A DNA stretch of 64,000 nt from an uncultured Candidatus Hydrogenedens sp. (lineage in GTDB: Bacteria; Myxococcota; UBA4151): NCBI GenBank assembly GCA_902574205.1, contig CACGMS010000002.1, positions 22,746-86,745 on the forward strand. The letters run 5' to 3'. The notes beneath the pieces are model-generated. The model worked only from the letters and a program-made list of their open reading frames with translations. It did no database searches and was not told the DNA's origin. Shown here piece by piece: positions 46,179 to 55,702 of this stretch. The position numbers were made by a program, and so were the translations under genes. How positions within the stretch are numbered: position 1 is the first letter of the stretch; each line of letters begins with the position of its first letter.

Positions 46179-47671
46179 TGTTCGCGCTTGCCGTGAGTAG
46201 TGCCCTGCTCTTTGCCGCGCCAGCGCCGGTAGATCCAGCACCATCGCCTACAGTGTCAGCGGTCGACGCGGCTCAACTCAAGGTCATGATGCGTGATATG
46301 CATCGCGTTGGCGAAGCCCAGGCACAGGTCGCTGCGCCGGTTCCGATTACGAGTTCGTGGGGTCGTCGAGCGGTCTCCTTTCTCGGTATTTTGGTTATGA
46401 TCGTTTTAGCCTTCTTGATGTCTGAGAATCGTCGGTCTGTACCTTGGCGCCTGGTGGGGTTAGGTTGTTTGCTTCAGCTTACCTTCGGGCTTTTGGTCCT
46501 CAAGACCGATGCAGGCGCAGCCCTTTTTAGTTTGGTCAACGAGTTGGTTAACGGCTTGCTCGCTTTTACGACTGAAGGTTCGCGGTTTTTGTTTGGTAAT
46601 TTGGTGACGAACAATGTCCCGGTGGGCGGGCCTCTAGGCGACCCGGTTATGGGTCCGGTCATTGAAGCCAATCAAACCGGGTGGGCAAGTGTGGGTGCGT
46701 ATTTTGCCTTTGGCGTGTTGCCGACCTTGATCTTCTTTTCATCGATCACCGCAGTCGGCTACCATTTGGGTATCTTGCAAAAATTGGTAGGCGCTGTCGC
46801 TTGGCTGATGCGACGAACGCTGCGCACTTCAGGACCTGAAAGCTTGTCTGCGGCGGGTAATATTTTCTTAGGTCAAACGGAGTCTCCCCTTTTGATTCGC
46901 CCCTATGTTCAGCGGATGAGCGATAGTGAATTAATGGCGGTGATGGTTGGCGGTTTTGCGACCGTTGCGGGTGGCGTCATGCTGGCTTTTGTTGGCATGC
47001 TAAGCGGCTATTTCCCAAACATTGCTGGTCACCTTTTAGCGGCAAGTGTGATGTCGGCGCCCGCCGCGTTAGTGATGGCTAAAATTATGGTTCCGGAATT
47101 ACAGGAGCGTTCAGAGGATGAAGTGGTCGAAGTCCACGATGAGAGTGAAGCCGTCAACGTCATCGATGCAGCCGCTCGAGGCGCTGGAGATGGTCTAACC
47201 TTAGCCTTGAACGTAGGCGCCATGCTCATTGCATTTGTAGCCTTGGTCGCCTTGATCAATGCTATTTTCGCCTGGTTTGGTGGGTTCTTTGGGTTTCCCG
47301 AGTTGAGCATGGAATGGTTGCTCGGTCGCTTGCTTGCCCCTTTGGCGTGGGTCATGGGTGTTGATTGGGCTGACGCCGCATTTTGTGGTGCACAACTTGG
47401 CGTGAAAACGGTGACTAACGAGTTTGTCGCTTTTCTCAACGTTGCCGGGAATTTAGGAGCCGAAGGCTCCATATCCGGGCGAAGTGCGGTGATTTTGACC
47501 TATGCGCTTTGTGGGTTCGCCAATTTTTCGTCGATTGCCATTCAAATCGGCGGAATTGGATCGATCGCACCGTCGAGGCGCTCCGATTTGGCGCGACTTG
47601 GTCTTCGTGCGATGATCGCTGGGAACCTAGCGGCTTATATGACGGCTTGTGTGGTCGGTATTTTGCTTTAG
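46178..47671 (+). CDS. nupC: Concentrative nucleoside transporter (NupC/CNT family).
   Basis: VSFLGILVMIVLAFLMSENRRSV...LVNELVNGLLAFTTEGSRFLFG matches the NupC N-terminal region. Multiple TMs. TAATG-coupled. A roughly 65-aa N-terminal extension makes the true start uncertain. Confidence 0.8.
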   Translation: MFALAVSSALLFAAPAPVDPAPSPTVSAVDAAQLKVMMRDMHRVGEAQAQVAAPVPITSSWGRRAVSFLGILVMIVLAFLMSENRRSVPWRLVGLGCLLQLTFGLLVLKTDAGAALFSLVNELVNGLLAFTTEGSRFLFGNLVTNNVPVGGPLGDPVMGPVIEANQTGWASVGAYFAFGVLPTLIFFSSITAVGYHLGILQKLVGAVAWLMRRTLRTSGPESLSAAGNIFLGQTESPLLIRPYVQRMSDSELMAVMVGGFATVAGGVMLAFVGMLSGYFPNIAGHLLAASVMSAPAALVMAKIMVPELQERSEDEVVEVHDESEAVNVIDAAARGAGDGLTLALNVGAMLIAFVALVALINAIFAWFGGFFGFPELSMEWLLGRLLAPLAWVMGVDWADAAFCGAQLGVKTVTNEFVAFLNVAGNLGAEGSISGRSAVILTYALCGFANFSSIAIQIGGIGSIAPSRRSDLARLGLRAMIAGNLAAYMTACVVGILL

Positions 47672-47719
47672 CAGCCGGTTTTGTGGAGACTACGGGACCG
47701 TCCGTTATAGGAGACAGAG

Positions 47720-48568
47720 GTGATTGCTGCTCAAGACCTGGTTGCTCAGGTTGCTCAAGCTACCGAATCGGTACGCAGCGCTGGAATTGGCGAGGTGGAC
47801 TTTGCTGTTGTCTTGGGTTCGGGGTTGTCAGCTTTTGCGGATGACTTGGATCAACCGATCCGCCTTCCATACAAAGATATACCGGGGTTCAAGACGGCCA
47901 CCGTCAAGGGTCATCGCGGTGAACTCTTGTACGGTGAGCTCGCAGGTTACCGCATCCTGGTATTTTCGGGGCGCATGCATTTGTACGAAGGGATTGAGCC
48001 GTGGCGCGCAGGGTTGCTGCCTCGTCTCGCCGCTGCTCTTGGTGCGCGACTGTTCCTGGTGACAAACGCTAGTGGCGGTATTCCTGGCAAAGGTTTAGAG
48101 CCGGGTGACTTGATGCGCATCACGGATCAGATCAACGCCCAAGGCACGAATCCTTTGGTTGGCGACCATGACGAGCGCTTGGGGGCACGATTCCCCGACA
48201 TGGGCCAGCCTTACGACCGCGCATTGGGTGCGCATCTTGATACGTTGGCAGCTCGCCTCGGAGTCCCTTTGAAGCGAGGTGTGTATATTGGGGTTTTGGG
48301 GCCGGGCTATGAGAGCCCAGCAGAGGTTCGAATGTACGGACTGATGGGCGCTGATACCATTGGCATGAGTACGGTTGGCGAAGTTTTGGTCGCTCGCCAG
48401 GTGGGTCTTCCTGTCGTCGGCGTGAGCTGTATCTCGAATTACGCGGCAGGGAACGATGGAGAAGAGGTGTTAACGCACGCTGATGTGACTGAAGTCGTGG
48501 GCGCTGCGGCTAAACGCTTTGTTCAGCTTCTTCGATCAGCAGTGCCTTATTTGATGGAGCGATTGTGA
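47720..48568 (+). CDS. Purine nucleoside phosphorylase (trimeric PNP-I/PunA family).
   Basis: GTG start after AGGAG. VVLGSGLS...HRGELLYGEL...MSTVGEVLVARQVGLPVVGVSCISNYAAG motifs. Confidence 0.87.
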   Translation: MIAAQDLVAQVAQATESVRSAGIGEVDFAVVLGSGLSAFADDLDQPIRLPYKDIPGFKTATVKGHRGELLYGELAGYRILVFSGRMHLYEGIEPWRAGLLPRLAAALGARLFLVTNASGGIPGKGLEPGDLMRITDQINAQGTNPLVGDHDERLGARFPDMGQPYDRALGAHLDTLAARLGVPLKRGVYIGVLGPGYESPAEVRMYGLMGADTIGMSTVGEVLVARQVGLPVVGVSCISNYAAGNDGEEVLTHADVTEVVGAAAKRFVQLLRSAVPYLMERL

Positions 48569-48590
48569 TCGCATTCAGCTCGCCGATGAG

Positions 48591-48620
48591 GGGATGCGCT
48601 TACATCCCTTTGGATTTGGT
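48591..48620 (+). terminator. Candidate rho-independent terminator after the nucleoside operon.
   Basis: GGGATG-cgctta-CATCCC stem followed by tttggatttgg. Confidence 0.45.
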
Positions 48621-48723
48621 CCGAAAGACGTGAACGAACAAGGACTGAAATTGATGTGCTGCGGTGAGTAGCGGTCTGCCACGAACTCAGGTAACATCTG
48701 ACGACTTTGAGGAGCTTAGAAAC

Positions 48724-50694
48724 ATGCGGATAGCGGGACTTTCGCTGTGGTGTTTTGTGATGATGTCGTGTGCGCCGACGGTGAACGCGCCAGAGCTTTT
48801 GCAGGATACAGGGAGTGGCCCGCCGTCTGCTGCAGACGCGGCGGTGGTTGCGGATAGCGGCGCGCCTCCCGCGACGACGGATGCGGGTGTTCTGGATGCA
48901 ACCGATCCTGAGTCCGAGTGTTTGAGCGACATCAACTGCCCACGTGGTCAATATTGTTTGGATTCTCGCTGCGTTGATCAATGCGTTGATGATTCCGGTT
49001 GTCCCGAGGGCAGCATTTGTGAGGTGAATGGCCGCTGTCGCGTCGGCTGTCGTAACGATGCGGCGTGCGGCGCAGGCTCGATCTGTATTGATGAAAGTTG
49101 CACGCCAGGCTGTCGCGATGACGAGGCCTGCGAAGGCCGTCAGATCTGTAATGATAATCGGTGCGTTAATGGTTGTCGCGGTGATGCGATCTGTCCAGCC
49201 GGTCAAATTTGTCTCGATGATGTCTGTCGGTCGGGTTGTCGAAGCGATGAAACCTGTCCGGATGCGCACATCTGTGAAGATGACATCTGTCGCGTCGGTT
49301 GTCGCGAAGACGACGGCTGCGCTGCTCGGCAAATCTGCGTTGAGACGCGCTGTCAGGCGGGTTGTCGAAGCAACGAAGGCTGCGGCCTAGGTCAGCTTTG
49401 CGCCAACAACATCTGTATTCCAGGGTGCATTGAGACGGCTCGTTGTCCTGAAAATCAGGTCTGTCGTGCCGGGCAGTGCGCCGACGGCTGTCGCAGCAAC
49501 GAGGCATGCGCGATTGGTCAGGTCTGCAACGAGGATGGGTTGTGTATTCCTGGCTGTCGCGACGATGAGGGTTGTCCTCAGGGACAGTTCTGCAACGACG
49601 CAAGTCAATGCGCGCCTGGCTGTCGAGCTAATGCCGAATGTCCTCAGGGACAAGCGTGCATCGACAACAGTTGCCAAGACGGCTGTCGTGCAGACGCCGA
49701 ATGTCCCGTGAACAACGTCTGCGCCGACGGTCGCTGCATCAACCAGTGTCGCACGGCGGAACAGTGCAACGTCGGTCAGTATTGTGAGGGCGCTCAAGGA
49801 AACCAGTTGGGTGTATGCGTCGATGGATGCGTCGAGGACAGCAATTGCGGCGACGACAGGATCTGCTCGAACCGAGCGTGTGTTGAAGGTTGCCGCAACG
49901 ATGATGCGTGCCCTCGAGGGTATGCCTGCATCGACAATCAGTGCGCCTATCGTTGCACGCAACAAAACGGCTTTACATGTCCGGGCGGGCAAGTCTGCAA
50001 TCGCTTAGCAAGCCAATGTGTCGAGTGCTTACAAGAGAGTGATTGTGACGCCGGGTTGTTGTGTAATCGGCAAACGCTCACCTGCGAGCGCTGCCAGAAT
50101 AACGCACAGTGTGGTCAAGGCCGTGTGTGCTCAGAGGCGCGAGGCTGCGTGGGCTGTGCGCAAAATAGTGACTGTGCGCAAAACCAGCAATGTGATGTTC
50201 AACGAGGCGTCTGTGTCGATGGTGCGAACGGTGCACTGTATTGCCAGGCATGTAATGATCAAACCCCGTGTGCAGGGGGTATGCGCTGCGTTGGTTTCGG
50301 TCGAGATACACCGCGCAATCGATGCCTGAATACCTGTCAAGATGCCGATGATTGTATTAGCGGTACCCGCTGCGCTGATGGGGTCTGCCAACCGGTGAAC
50401 TACTTAGGGAATACGTGGTGGACAGGGCGGGTAACCGGCAGTAGGCAGGCGAGCTCTTGCGAGGCTGTTTTGAATACGGGAACGCCGTGTCAGAACGCCG
50501 CAACCTGTGACCGGATTGATGATCGTGGCTTCACTGCCGGTCATTGCGGTAGCCAGGGCGCCGCACGCGGGATGTGTACCAAGGTCTGTCGTCTGGATCG
50601 CACCTATAACCCAGCAGAGTGCCCGGTGGGTTGGTCATGTGCCAGTGTACCCCGTTGGGGAGGCAGGTACGGTCAATGCGAGCCTAACCAGTAA
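48724..50694 (+). CDS. Secreted cysteine-rich repeat protein, with at least 12 tandem 21-aa four-Cys modules (Myxococcales-type Cys-rich repeat).
   Basis: ATG 48724 after GAGGAG. Signal peptide MRIAGLSLWCFVMMSCAPTVNA. Modules of the type GCRxDxxCxxGQxCxDxxCxx recur from about aa 100 to 360. Further Cys-rich motifs run to the C-terminus. Confidence 0.8.
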   Translation: MRIAGLSLWCFVMMSCAPTVNAPELLQDTGSGPPSAADAAVVADSGAPPATTDAGVLDATDPESECLSDINCPRGQYCLDSRCVDQCVDDSGCPEGSICEVNGRCRVGCRNDAACGAGSICIDESCTPGCRDDEACEGRQICNDNRCVNGCRGDAICPAGQICLDDVCRSGCRSDETCPDAHICEDDICRVGCREDDGCAARQICVETRCQAGCRSNEGCGLGQLCANNICIPGCIETARCPENQVCRAGQCADGCRSNEACAIGQVCNEDGLCIPGCRDDEGCPQGQFCNDASQCAPGCRANAECPQGQACIDNSCQDGCRADAECPVNNVCADGRCINQCRTAEQCNVGQYCEGAQGNQLGVCVDGCVEDSNCGDDRICSNRACVEGCRNDDACPRGYACIDNQCAYRCTQQNGFTCPGGQVCNRLASQCVECLQESDCDAGLLCNRQTLTCERCQNNAQCGQGRVCSEARGCVGCAQNSDCAQNQQCDVQRGVCVDGANGALYCQACNDQTPCAGGMRCVGFGRDTPRNRCLNTCQDADDCISGTRCADGVCQPVNYLGNTWWTGRVTGSRQASSCEAVLNTGTPCQNAATCDRIDDRGFTAGHCGSQGAARGMCTKVCRLDRTYNPAECPVGWSCASVPRWGGRYGQCEPNQ

Positions 50695-50736
50695 AGTCAG
50701 ACACTCGCCTAATCTCAAGATCAAGATGTGACGAAG

Positions 50737-50766
50737 GAACCCTTAAGGGTTCTTTTGTCCTTTTTG
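50737..50766 (+). terminator. Rho-independent terminator.
   Basis: GAACCC-ttaa-GGGTTC perfect palindromic hairpin followed by ttttgtccttttt. Confidence 0.6.
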
Positions 50767-50778
50767 AGGAGCTTGCCT

Positions 50779-53121
50779 GTGGCCGAGTCCAGCACACTGA
50801 TTAATGTCTATAAAGAGGCCGCGCGTCTTTGCACTGAGGTGGGAAAACGTTCTGAGCCGCAAAGCTTTTATTTGCTGATGGCGCTGTACACGACGCCCAA
50901 CCCGACCGGCGATTTTTTGCGCGCGCATGGGATCGAAGAAGACCTGTTGCTCGATGTTTTTCCTAAGGCATGGATTGAGCCGAGCGGCACTGCCCAAAAG
51001 TTGAGAAATGAAGCGATGCAAGAAGCCGAGAGACTCGGTGATCACTGGACCAATTCGTATCATCTGTTACTCGCTTTGATCGCCGATACCGAAGGTCGAG
51101 CGCGAATCGCTTTGGAACGAGCTGTCCAAGAACGCCATATTGAACTCAGGAAATTGCGCCAACGTTGTCATAAACTGCTGGCGAAACATCGCCATGATGT
51201 TCATCGGCGAGCAGGCGCTGCGTCGGTTCAGCGAGCGCATAATAGTCGCCCTCCTCAAAGCGGTAGTCGAACACCAGAAGCGGTGGGAACAGCGACCATT
51301 GCTCCGGTCGAAGTCGACCCGTGTGAACCGGCGACGCTGTTGCCGCACTTTTCAGTATCCTCGACGCCGACTTTGGATAGCCTGTGTATTGACTTGATCG
51401 CTCAAGCCAAGGGCGGAGCACTCAACCCCGTCGTCGGTCGAGAGGTTGAACTCGCTAAAACACTCGACGTTCTGGGTAAACGCCAAGCGAATAATCCCCT
51501 CATTATTGGACCGTCTGGCGTCGGTAAAACCGCTTTGGTTGAAGGGCTTGCCATCGCCATCTCGGGCGGTGAGGCAGGACCGCTTAACGACAAACGCTTA
51601 CTCGCCTTAGAGGTCGGCGCTTTGCTTGCAGGAACAGCGCTTCGAGGTTCGCTCTCTGAGCGCCTTGCGGGTGTTCGTCGAGAGGTGGCTGCGGGCGGCG
51701 CCGTGTTGTTTATCGATGAGTTGCACAGTTTGATGGGCAGTGGGTCTGAAGGTGGAGGCGGCAATGGAGCAGCTGATGAACTCAAGAGCGCTTTAGCTCG
51801 CGGTGAACTTCCATGCATTGGAGCAACCACTGAAGAGGAATATCAGCGACACATTGCGAAGGACCCCGCTTTAGCTCGTCGATTCACGCCGATTTATTTG
51901 GCTGAGCCTGAGCCCGAGGAAGCTGAAGCGATGATCACCGGCAGTTTGCCCGCTTATGAAAGTCATCATGGCTGCTCGTTTGAGCCGGCTACGGTCACCG
52001 CAGCGGTGCGGTTGAGTCATCGCTACATCAGCGAAGGTGCGTTACCTGCCAAGGCTTTTGATATCCTTGATTTAGCGGCTTCTCGCTCGGTTCGGCGCGG
52101 CGATCAGGTGGTTACCAAACGCGCCGTTGCCGAAGTGGTCGCCGAAGCTCTACGCATGCCCGTTGAGCGTATCGATGGCGGCGACGAAGAGCGATTGCTC
52201 AATCTTGAATCGATTATGGCTGATCGGGTCGTTGGGCGTGAGCAGGCGATTACTCGCATCAGCGAGACGTTACGACGTAACCAAGCCGGCTTTGGTGGAC
52301 GTCGACCCATTGGTTCGTTCTTATTGCTCGGCCCAACCGGTGTCGGGAAGACTGAAGTTGCGCGTGCGCTGAGCGACGTCTTGTTTGGCAGCAGTGATGA
52401 TTTGCTGCGTTTTGATATGGGTGAGTTTACTGAGAGTCATTCGGTTGCCCGCTTGATTGGGGCACCTCCCGGTTATGTCGGTCATGAAGACGGTGGACAA
52501 TTAACCGAAGCCGTTCGCCGCAAACCGTATCGAGTGTTGCTTTTTGATGAGGTAGAAAAAGCTCATCCTGACGTGCATCAGGTGTTGTTGTCTTTGCTTG
52601 ACGAAGGCCGCGTCAGTGACGGGCGCGGTATTCGTGTCAGCTTTAGGCATTGCTTGGTCATTCTTACTTCGAATCTAGGTGCTGTGCGTTCGTCGGAGCG
52701 GCGGATTGGCTTTGGCGGAGCCGTTGAGCCTGTCGAAGCGATTCAGAGTTCAGCGTTGATCGATGCAGCAAAGACTGCGATGCCGCCCGAACTTTTTGGC
52801 CGAATTGACGAAGTGCTCGCCTTTCCGATGTTGACACGCACGGAAGCCGTGCAGATTGCTGAGCGATTGTTAGCATCGTCATTGGCGCGTCTTGAGCAGG
52901 AACGTCGAATAACGGTCAACAGCACCGCCGGTGTGGTCGAGTGGTTGGTCGACGAAGGGTTCACGCCCCAAGACGGAGCGCGTCCGATGCGCCGTTTGAT
53001 TCAAAGGCAGGTCGAGGGCTTGCTCGCTCAAAGTGTGTTACGCGGTGAACTCAAAGCTGGAGATCAAGCGGAGCTAATTTCCGATGATCAGGGGCTGAAG
53101 GTGCTGTGCGTACCGCAGTAA
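50779..53121 (+). CDS. ClpA/ClpC-family AAA+ ATPase (two nucleotide-binding domains, Clp_N).
   Basis: GTG 50779 after GAGGAG. Clp_N repeats. D1 Walker A GPSGVGKTAL. D2 Walker A GPTGVGKTEVARAL. An IGFG ClpP-docking-type loop. The ORF-track start 50728 would span the upstream terminator hairpin. Confidence 0.85.
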   Translation: MAESSTLINVYKEAARLCTEVGKRSEPQSFYLLMALYTTPNPTGDFLRAHGIEEDLLLDVFPKAWIEPSGTAQKLRNEAMQEAERLGDHWTNSYHLLLALIADTEGRARIALERAVQERHIELRKLRQRCHKLLAKHRHDVHRRAGAASVQRAHNSRPPQSGSRTPEAVGTATIAPVEVDPCEPATLLPHFSVSSTPTLDSLCIDLIAQAKGGALNPVVGREVELAKTLDVLGKRQANNPLIIGPSGVGKTALVEGLAIAISGGEAGPLNDKRLLALEVGALLAGTALRGSLSERLAGVRREVAAGGAVLFIDELHSLMGSGSEGGGGNGAADELKSALARGELPCIGATTEEEYQRHIAKDPALARRFTPIYLAEPEPEEAEAMITGSLPAYESHHGCSFEPATVTAAVRLSHRYISEGALPAKAFDILDLAASRSVRRGDQVVTKRAVAEVVAEALRMPVERIDGGDEERLLNLESIMADRVVGREQAITRISETLRRNQAGFGGRRPIGSFLLLGPTGVGKTEVARALSDVLFGSSDDLLRFDMGEFTESHSVARLIGAPPGYVGHEDGGQLTEAVRRKPYRVLLFDEVEKAHPDVHQVLLSLLDEGRVSDGRGIRVSFRHCLVILTSNLGAVRSSERRIGFGGAVEPVEAIQSSALIDAAKTAMPPELFGRIDEVLAFPMLTRTEAVQIAERLLASSLARLEQERRITVNSTAGVVEWLVDEGFTPQDGARPMRRLIQRQVEGLLAQSVLRGELKAGDQAELISDDQGLKVLCVPQ

Positions 53122-53828
53122 TCGGTAAGGGACCTGTCGGTCGCTTTGTTGCTTCACGTTTGGGCGTGACTCCGCTGGGGCGTGACGTGCTTCCGGCGAG
53201 CGATATTCAGGTGGTTGTCTTGGCAGTACCTGATCGAGCCATCGCTGCTTTAGCTGCCCGCCTGCGTCAGCACGGTCAGTGGACTTTAGTCCATTGCAGC
53301 GGTGCGTGTTCACTTCGTGATTTGGCAGGAGGTCCAGCAGCCGTATGGCATCCTATGCGCGCGTTTACATCGACCGATTCGGTTCCGAACGATTTGGATG
53401 GCGCGGTGGTTGGATTAAGAGGCGATTCGGATGTCGTGCGGTGGCTGGAACAGCAAACGCTTATGTGGGGCGGCGTGCCTGTCTGCATTGCCGAGGATCA
53501 AGCGGTTGCCATTCATGCCGCGTGTTGCTTTGCCGCGGGCTTTACAGCCTCGGTCGCCGCACATGCGCAGACTTTGATGGAGTCATCGGGTTTGTCCCGA
53601 GATCACGCTCGACGAGCAGTTGAATGTCTGAGTTCCAGCGCCATGACTCAGGCTTTACAGGGGCTCGGGCTGACGGGACCTGCGATTCGAGGTGACCTCA
53701 ACACCTTGGAGGCTCATCTTGAGGTTTTGGGACCATTGGCACCTTTGTATCGGGCGTTGAGCTTGAGTATGGATACTCATCACCCTCTTGATTCGAGGAT
53801 TAAAGCGCGTCTTCGCTCGGTAGATTAA
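53106..53828 (+). CDS. Rossmann-fold NAD(P)-binding protein (DUF2520/ketopantoate-reductase-like).
   Basis: MRTAVIGKGPVGRFVASRLG dinucleotide-binding GxGxxG. 240 aa. Overlaps the clpA-like 3' end by 16 bp. Confidence 0.55.
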   Translation: MRTAVIGKGPVGRFVASRLGVTPLGRDVLPASDIQVVVLAVPDRAIAALAARLRQHGQWTLVHCSGACSLRDLAGGPAAVWHPMRAFTSTDSVPNDLDGAVVGLRGDSDVVRWLEQQTLMWGGVPVCIAEDQAVAIHAACCFAAGFTASVAAHAQTLMESSGLSRDHARRAVECLSSSAMTQALQGLGLTGPAIRGDLNTLEAHLEVLGPLAPLYRALSLSMDTHHPLDSRIKARLRSVD

Positions 53829-54807
53829 GCCAGCCCATGACCGGATGATGATCCGAGCAACCGCCGGCATCGTAAGCACGTGTTTGACCGCGCCAATCCA
53901 TGGTACTTGAGGCGTACAGGTAATCGATGCGTACCGGCAGCCAGCCACCAAACCATCGGCTCGCTCCAATGCCGCGCCCGCGACGTCTGTGCGCATCACG
54001 AAAGAGTGCTCGCATCTGACCATGCACCCACGTGTTCGGTGTCGAGTTGAAATCGCCAGCGATCAGGAGTGGATCGTCCAAGCCTTGAGCGACGCGTAAG
54101 ACCTCAAACAGTTGCCAGATCTGTCGAGCGGTCGTGTGCCCTAATATGCTCGGCGCACTCTTTGAGCCCTCTTGTTGGCGACTGAGCTCAGGACTTTGAA
54201 GGTGAACGTTCATGAAATTGAACGGCTTTCCTTTAGAGGGGCGAATTTCTGCGAACAAATAAGCGTATTGCGTGTGACTCGTGAACCGACGCTGTTGGGC
54301 CAGATGAATAGTCCATTCTTTAGGTACACAAAGACCGAGTCCATTGCTCCCCAATTTAGGGAAATAACCGGCCCACGTGCAGCGCATATCGAGCGCCCTG
54401 GCAACACTTTCTAGACCCTCTTGTCGTATTTCCTGGAGCGCAACAATACGTGGATTGTGATCGGCAATAACCTTTTGAACGCATCGGTGTTGTTCGGAAA
54501 AACCGAGCGCAACATTCCACGTCATGACTGGAGTAGCTTGCTTTGGCTCGTCCAGTGACCAGCGTACATCTTCGATCACTAACGTGAGGTTGAGCAGCAG
54601 CATGATGCCGAACACAAGGCGTTGGTTCGGACGTGCTTTGATTAGGAAGGCTGCTCCACATACGGCGATAAGTCCGAGTAAAGGTCCCATCACGCCAGCG
54701 ATCAGGCTCCATGGGCCGCTCAAGATCGCATAGGTGCCCAGCAGTCGAAGTGACAGTGGGATCAAAAGGATCAGCGTGAGCGGTGGAAACCAAGATGCCA
54801 GCGGCAT
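53800..54807 (-). CDS. Membrane-anchored endonuclease/exonuclease/phosphatase (EEP) family protein.
   Basis: Three N-terminal TMs. EEP motifs IVALQEIRQEG ... IAGDFNSTPN ... SDHHPV. Confidence 0.75.
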   Translation of the reverse strand: MPLASWFPPLTLILLIPLSLRLLGTYAILSGPWSLIAGVMGPLLGLIAVCGAAFLIKARPNQRLVFGIMLLLNLTLVIEDVRWSLDEPKQATPVMTWNVALGFSEQHRCVQKVIADHNPRIVALQEIRQEGLESVARALDMRCTWAGYFPKLGSNGLGLCVPKEWTIHLAQQRRFTSHTQYAYLFAEIRPSKGKPFNFMNVHLQSPELSRQQEGSKSAPSILGHTTARQIWQLFEVLRVAQGLDDPLLIAGDFNSTPNTWVHGQMRALFRDAHRRRGRGIGASRWFGGWLPVRIDYLYASSTMDWRGQTRAYDAGGCSDHHPVMGWLNLPSEDAL

Positions 54808-54817
54808 AATCTGACCG

Positions 54818-55687
54818 TTAGGCGGGGGCGTCTGACAGGCCGGTATGCCGAGCCCATGCGCACACCGTATTGTGGAGTAACGTGGCGATGGTCATAGGTC
54901 CGACACCACCAGGAACAGGCGTTGCTGCACTGGCGACAGCATCGAGGCCCTGCCACTCAATATCACCGACTAAGCCCTCGTTGGTTCGGTTGATACCCAC
55001 ATCGATACATACTGCGCCTGGTTTCAACCATTCGGCTTTAACGAACTCAGGACGGCCAATCGCTGCTACGACGATATCGGAGGTTGCGATCAGACTTTTG
55101 AGATCATGCGTTCGACTGTGAGCGATGGTTACCGTGGCGTGTTGTTGCAGTAAGAGCTCGGCCATTGGTCGACCGACAATGTTTGATCGACCAACAACCA
55201 GTGCACTTTTTCCACTCAGCTCAATGTTGTAGGCATCGAGAAGGTGCATGATACCTAAGGGCGTGCACGGAGCAACCTCGCCGCGCTGTTGCCAGAGGGC
55301 ACCACTATTGACCGGATGAAAACCATCCACATCTTTGCTCGGATGAATGGCGTCTAGAACCAAATTTTCATCGAGACCTTCAGGGAGCGGCAACTGCACT
55401 AAAATTCCATCAACGTCTGGATCGGCGTTGAGCGCTTCGATGCGCGCCAAGAGTTCATGCTCTGTAATGGTGCTCGGTAAGCGTTGTACTTCACCGCGTA
55501 TACCGGCCTTAGCCGATGCCTTTTCTTTGCTTCGGACATAGGTGGCGCTGGCAGGGTCATCGCCAGCGAGCAAAACGGTGAGACCGGGTGGTCGCCCTGC
55601 CTGTTGGACGTGGTGTTCGACCCAGTCAGCGAGTGCAGACCGGCGAGTGAGGGCGAGTGATTTTCCGTCGAGTATCTTCATGCTCAA
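54818..55687 (-). CDS. folD: Bifunctional 5,10-methylene-tetrahydrofolate dehydrogenase/cyclohydrolase FolD.
   Basis: KILDGKSLA...LTVLLAGDDPASATYVRSKEKA...VVGRSNIVGRPMAELL...ATVTIAHSRT matches across the full length. Confidence 0.92.
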   Translation of the reverse strand: MSMKILDGKSLALTRRSALADWVEHHVQQAGRPPGLTVLLAGDDPASATYVRSKEKASAKAGIRGEVQRLPSTITEHELLARIEALNADPDVDGILVQLPLPEGLDENLVLDAIHPSKDVDGFHPVNSGALWQQRGEVAPCTPLGIMHLLDAYNIELSGKSALVVGRSNIVGRPMAELLLQQHATVTIAHSRTHDLKSLIATSDIVVAAIGRPEFVKAEWLKPGAVCIDVGINRTNEGLVGDIEWQGLDAVASAATPVPGGVGPMTIATLLHNTVCAWARHTGLSDAPA

Positions 55688-55702
55688 CTCGGTGCATGAA
55701 TT

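Noticed and set aside
48547-49992. 261-aa and 201-aa minus-strand ORFs.
   Set aside because: Antisense to the Cys-rich repeat gene. GC-rich codon periodicity keeps the reverse frame open.
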